NCBI GenBank assembly: GCA_024277355.1
Contig: JAJRVL010000004.1
Coordinates: 210,001-242,000, forward strand
DNA from: an archaeon
GTDB lineage: Archaea; Iainarchaeota; Iainarchaeia; Iainarchaeales; 1-14-0-10-31-34
DNA length: 32,000 bases
Reading direction: 5' to 3'
Part shown: positions 28,345 to 32,000 of the stretch, piece by piece
Numbering within the stretch: position 1 is the first letter of the stretch
Layout of the letters: each line of letters begins with the position of its first letter
Translations under genes and position numbers: made by a program
The notes under the pieces: model-generated
Told to the model about the DNA's origin: nothing
Databases searched by the model: none
The model's input: only the letters and a program-made list of their open reading frames with translations

Positions 28345-29606
28345 AACTTAAATTCAGTTACTTCTGATTCTTCTTTTGGCTTAAAAAATTTTTTTCTGTT
28401 ATTAAATAAAATTAATCCAGCAAGCAAAACAGCTAAACCAATAATTATTGTTCCAAAATCAAATGGTTTTTGTTCAACAAAATCAGAAGAAATTATTATT
28501 ATTGCATCATTTTTTGCTTTTTGTGCAAAAGAAACAGATTTAAGATATCTTTTTTGTTCAAAAGCTTTTTCTGCTTCAGAAAAATTTTTCTTTAAAGAAG
28601 AAACTTTTTCCTGTTCTTTCCAAAAAGGAGACTTTTCTTCATTTACAATAAAAGAATAAGCAGCATCTAAACTATAAAAATTATTTTTTGTTTTTGAATA
28701 AAAACTTTTATCTTCAGAATAAATTTCATTATAAGCTGAATTCCTTTCAGTCATTAAAGAAATATTTTCTGTCCATGAATTAACCTGAGAATTTGCTTTA
28801 GAATAAATTTCTTCTATTCTTTGTGAGACGCTTTCAGACAAAGAAAAAATTGAATCAATTGAATTTAATTGCTGGGGTTCATTAGCTAAAGCCAAAAATT
28901 GCTGTTTATCTAAAGAATCAATTTCTGAATCAGAAATTAATTTTTTTAATTCAATTACATGCAGAGAATAATCTAATTTTAAATCCTTGAATTCCTGCAG
29001 TAAAGAAAAAACTAAATCATATTTTTCTTTTAATTTATCAGTGTTTTCAGTTGAAGGATTAAAAGTAAAATCTGACTCCAAAGAAATAGCTGAATCAAAA
29101 GCCAATTCAATTTCATTGGATTTATCACTCATAACAGAAAGCATTGAATTCATTAAATCAACTTTATTTCTTATTTCAGTGTTAATTGTCCCCTGCTTAA
29201 TTGAATTCAATTTAAATGGAACATCAGAAGAAAGAATTTTAGTTAAAGTATTAAATTTTCCTTTATTTGAATTAGAAAACATCCATTGCGAAGTTCCTTT
29301 ATAAGAATTAATTGAATACAAAACATAAGCCGTTCTGAATAACTTCCTGTTAATTGAAGAAGAATCAACAATAGTTTTTTCTTTTGAAGGAACAGCAGCA
29401 AAACCAGTTGGAGTTCTTTCAGACAACAAAACTATAACCCAATAATTGTTTTCACCTGACTTAACAAAAAAAGGAGTTTCACTAAAAGACTGGTTTTCCT
29501 CTAAATAATGTGCTTCTGAAGCAAAAAAAATCTTTACTTCAGCTGAAGACAAAGAATAACCAAAACCAATAATTAATAACAAAAATAACACTGTTAATTT
29601 ATTCAT
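28341..29606 (-). CDS. Predicted secreted/surface protein with signal peptide, long coiled-coil ectodomain and C-terminal TM anchor
   Basis: 421 aa; MNKLTVLFLLLIIGFGYSLSSA, coiled coil, FDFGTIIIGLAVLLAGLILF-NNRKK. Confidence 0.6.
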   Translation of the reverse strand: MNKLTVLFLLLIIGFGYSLSSAEVKIFFASEAHYLEENQSFSETPFFVKSGENNYWVIVLLSERTPTGFAAVPSKEKTIVDSSSINRKLFRTAYVLYSINSYKGTSQWMFSNSNKGKFNTLTKILSSDVPFKLNSIKQGTINTEIRNKVDLMNSMLSVMSDKSNEIELAFDSAISLESDFTFNPSTENTDKLKEKYDLVFSLLQEFKDLKLDYSLHVIELKKLISDSEIDSLDKQQFLALANEPQQLNSIDSIFSLSESVSQRIEEIYSKANSQVNSWTENISLMTERNSAYNEIYSEDKSFYSKTKNNFYSLDAAYSFIVNEEKSPFWKEQEKVSSLKKNFSEAEKAFEQKRYLKSVSFAQKAKNDAIIIISSDFVEQKPFDFGTIIIGLAVLLAGLILFNNRKKFFKPKEESEVTEFKF

Positions 29607-29710
29607 TTAAACCATTTCCTTCAATAAAATAGAATAACATTAAATATAATCTTTTGCATTTCAACACAATAAATAAAAACAGCTCTATATTAATTTCTTT
29701 ATTAAGCAGC

Positions 29711-29802
29711 ATCGCGATTTCGCTCGCGAGCCACGAGGCGCGGGATAAACCCGCGCTAGCACGACCTTGTGTCGTGCACTGGCATAAATCGACAGTGGCG
29801 AT
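29711..29802 (+). ncRNA. Candidate structured RNA of unknown class immediately 5' of tRNA-Trp
   Basis: Nested complementary segments: 29711-29715/29798-29802 (ATCGC/GCGAT); 29716-29720/29786-29790 (GATTT/AAATC); 29730-29733/29780-29783 (GCCA/TGGC); hairpin 29738-29744/29750-29756 (GCGCGGG/CCCGCGC); hairpin 29759-29765/29771-29777 (GCACGAC/GTCGTGC). Much more GC-rich than its surroundings. Confidence 0.5.
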
Positions 29803-29804
29803 TT

Positions 29805-29965
29805 GGGGATATGGGGTAATGGTATCCCGCTTGGCTCCAGACAACTTTTTTCAAAAAAAAGTTGTATCAAAAAAACCTTTTTAGAAAAAAGGTTTAACAA
29901 AAACACAATTTTTGAAAAAGAAAGGCAGCAACTAAGCAATCTGGGTTCGATTCCCAGTATCCCCA
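29805..29965 (+). tRNA. tRNA-Trp (anticodon CCA), with intron 29841-29930 (90 nt; boundary ambiguous by 1 nt)
   Basis: Acceptor GGGGATA/TATCCCC; D arm GGG-TAATGGTAT-CCC; anticodon stem CTTGG/CTAAG (one G-U); loop CT-CCA-G/A; T arm CTGGG-TTCGATT-CCCAG; discriminator A; no encoded CCA tail. Intron sits at canonical 37/38. Confidence 0.9.
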
Positions 29966-30085
29966 ATAACGGTTTCGTCCGTTAACACCAAAACACGACT
30001 TCGCTTAAATCTTTGCAAGCAAAGATTTATCAAAACAAGAGATAAATCTCTTATGCTCAGTCCTGCTGTAAAAATAGATTAAATT

Positions 30086-30952
30086 CTAATCATTGTTTAG
30101 CTTTTCAGCTAACTCAACACAATAATCAAGATTATGCAGAAAAATTTCTTCTACATTTAAAGCAACAGGAACTGAAATATTATTTTCTTTATTAAAATCT
30201 TTTATGTCAGTCCATACTTTTTTTGCAATTTCAATTGAATTTTTAACTGCATTATTTTCTTCTTTAAAAAAATTTTTTTCTGTTTCTTCAGGTATTTCTA
30301 CTCCAAGCCATTTCATGAAATATAATTCTCTTGAATCAGAAACAGGACAAAAACTCAGGAAAACTTTTGCAGGAGTAATTTTATTTTCATTGCATAAATC
30401 ATTATATTCAGCTAAAACTTTTTTTGTGTTAATTGATTCAAACAAAACCTGTGAAGTAAAAAAATCTGCTCCAGAAACAGTTTTATTAAACATTCTTTTT
30501 GCTTCATTTTCCCTTGAAGGAATCATAATATTCCCGATTTTTATTCCTTTAATATTTTTTGCTTTGTTGTTTGCTTCATTTACTGTTAAACCTGAATAAG
30601 AAATATGATCAAAATTTCCTCCGACAAAAACAAAATTATTAATCTTGAATTCATTAATACTTTTATTTATCCATAAATCAAATTCATTTATTCCTTTGCA
30701 GTGAACTACAACCTTATTTTCAATTATTTTTTTTCCTGTTAAATCATTTAATTCTTTTCCAAATTCACAGGCACGAATGTTTCTGTAATAAGGTTTTCCT
30801 AAACGGTTTTCGTCAATTATTTCAGGAATATTAATTAAATCAGGTTTCATTGAATTAACTGCAGTAACAATTTTTTCAAGAATTTTTTTTCGGTAATTAT
30901 CAGAAGACAACGCACTAGGAGGAACGACTTCAAGCATTAATTCATCTTTCAA
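30086..30952 (-). CDS. Methylenetetrahydrofolate reductase-like protein
   Basis: 288 aa; MLEVVPPSALSSDNYRKKIL, NIPEI, FVFVGGNFDHISYSGLTVNEANN, GADFFTSQVLFES, AKVFLSFCPVSD. Confidence 0.65.
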   Translation of the reverse strand: MKDELMLEVVPPSALSSDNYRKKILEKIVTAVNSMKPDLINIPEIIDENRLGKPYYRNIRACEFGKELNDLTGKKIIENKVVVHCKGINEFDLWINKSINEFKINNFVFVGGNFDHISYSGLTVNEANNKAKNIKGIKIGNIMIPSRENEAKRMFNKTVSGADFFTSQVLFESINTKKVLAEYNDLCNENKITPAKVFLSFCPVSDSRELYFMKWLGVEIPEETEKNFFKEENNAVKNSIEIAKKVWTDIKDFNKENNISVPVALNVEEIFLHNLDYCVELAEKLNND

Positions 30953-30960
30953 TTAATCAC

Positions 30961-32000
30961 CTATAATTCTTTTCTGGCTAATTCAGCTCCTTTAACCATA
31001 TTAACTAATTTTGGATAAGCTACATCCCATCTTCTTGTTCTTAAACCGCAGTCAGGATTTACCTGCACGTTTTCAGGATTATCCATTAAATTATTAATGA
31101 AAAGAATTCTATCTTTAATTATTTCAGGACTTTCAATTAAATCAGAATGAATATCAATTAATCCTGCTCCAATTTTAACATTCATTCCATATTCTTTAAA
31201 TAAATTAATTACTTTTAATGCTTCTTCATGAATTTGACTTGGATTAAATTCTTTTCCTGTTGAATGATTAGTGCATTCAATCAAATAACTATCAGCAGCA
31301 CTTTCTGCTAACTCAGGAAACAAAGAAGAATAATTACTGTAACATAAATGAACTGCTTTTTCAATGTTTCTTGGAACACCTTTAAATGATTCATTTATTC
31401 CTTCCACTACTAATTCAGCTTCATGCTGTTTGGTTGCAGCAGCAGGTTCATCAATCTGAATTACTTTAGCATTTTGATTGACGTATTGTTTTACAATTGG
31501 ATTTAAAACATTTCTTGCAAAATCAATTACAGCATTTTTTCTTGCTGTTTTTACTGCTTCAAGTTTGCTTCCATCTTTATTTTCTAATGATTTAGCATAA
31601 AACTCAACATAACTCCAGTCAGTCATAGTATAAGGGCCAGTAAGACAAGGCTTAATTTCTTTTTCAGTGTATTTTTTTACGAAATCAAATTCTTCTTTAA
31701 ACCATTCAACACCAGAATCAGTAATTGAAATTTTATTTTCTAAAATTCCTTTCCTGAAATAATTTGCATCAAAAGAATTCACAAAACCTGCTGTTTTAAT
31801 TCCTTTAGTTTTTTTTGCAAGCATATCATACATTTCAGTTCTAGGCTGTTCGCCGTTAAAAACTCTGTCTAAACCTGCTGACTCAAACATTTTAATTACA
31901 TAAATAGAAGAAATATCAATTATTCTTTGTTTTTCTTCTTCAGTTCTTTTAATTCCATTTTTTTGTAAAAGCCCTGTGCCTTTTTCATTAGCTAATTCAA
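30961..32000 (-). CDS. Cobalamin-independent methionine synthase catalytic-domain protein (MetE C-terminal-like), 5' end beyond window
   Basis: The frame stays open upstream of the track's start to the window edge (...ELANEKGTGLLQKNGIKRTEEEKQRIIDISSIYVIKMFESAGLDRVFNGEQPRTEMYDML...). Zn-ligand-type motifs VHLCYSNY and NPDCGLRTR; QIDEPA. Confidence 0.85.
   Translation of the reverse strand, partial: ELANEKGTGLLQKNGIKRTEEEKQRIIDISSIYVIKMFESAGLDRVFNGEQPRTEMYDMLAKKTKGIKTAGFVNSFDANYFRKGILENKISITDSGVEWFKEEFDFVKKYTEKEIKPCLTGPYTMTDWSYVEFYAKSLENKDGSKLEAVKTARKNAVIDFARNVLNPIVKQYVNQNAKVIQIDEPAAATKQHEAELVVEGINESFKGVPRNIEKAVHLCYSNYSSLFPELAESAADSYLIECTNHSTGKEFNPSQIHEEALKVINLFKEYGMNVKIGAGLIDIHSDLIESPEIIKDRILFINNLMDNPENVQVNPDCGLRTRRWDVAYPKLVNMVKGAELARKEL

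Noticed and set aside
29599-29985. ORFs 29599-29844(-), 29654-29884(+), 29685-29966(-), 29803-29985(+)
   Set aside because: Span the structured RNA candidate and tRNA-Trp; the open frames result from GC-rich stems and poly-A/T tracts, not coding.
1-32000. Defence system, toxin-antitoxin, prophage, transposase or CRISPR-Cas
   Set aside because: Looked for and not found: no such motifs, no direct repeat arrays, no integrase near the tRNA, and gene content is predominantly housekeeping.

Overview
AT-rich archaeal chromosomal segment, probably DPANN-like and gene-dense. No CRISPR array, phage, transposon or rRNA was recognised. Most CDS are housekeeping: a small histone-fold protein, PyrD, an aminotransferase, an archaeosine-type radical SAM enzyme split over two frames, CarAB, a GH130/GT4/helical-barrel glycan cluster, two CPA2-type antiporters with CBS and ArsR-like proteins, a CDF transporter, an RNase HIII-like protein, ZPR1, RsmC-like and MTQ2-like methyltransferases, TatD, a thioredoxin-fold membrane protein, a DRG/TGS GTPase-like protein, and a MetE-core plus MTHFR-like pair. 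The signals most worth following are non-coding. (1) 20535-20590 is a textbook archaeal C/D box sRNA with exact C/D'/C'/D boxes, two 12-nt guides and a GGC/GCC terminal stem. It is followed by two more hairpins. (2) 29805-29965 is a tRNA-Trp(CCA) with a ~90-nt intron holding two long A/T hairpins. (3) A ~92-nt GC-rich, nested, multi-stem RNA candidate at 29711-29802 abuts that tRNA, with more hairpins downstream. Protein-level oddities are the RaSEA frameshift near 3180, altered G3/G4 motifs in the DRG-like protein, and an RNase HIII-like protein that ends just after the last catalytic region. Three small CDS or start corrections missing from the supplied track are given at 7-183, 3647-3796 and 17517-17786. 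All family assignments come from reading motifs; no searches or folding programs were run.
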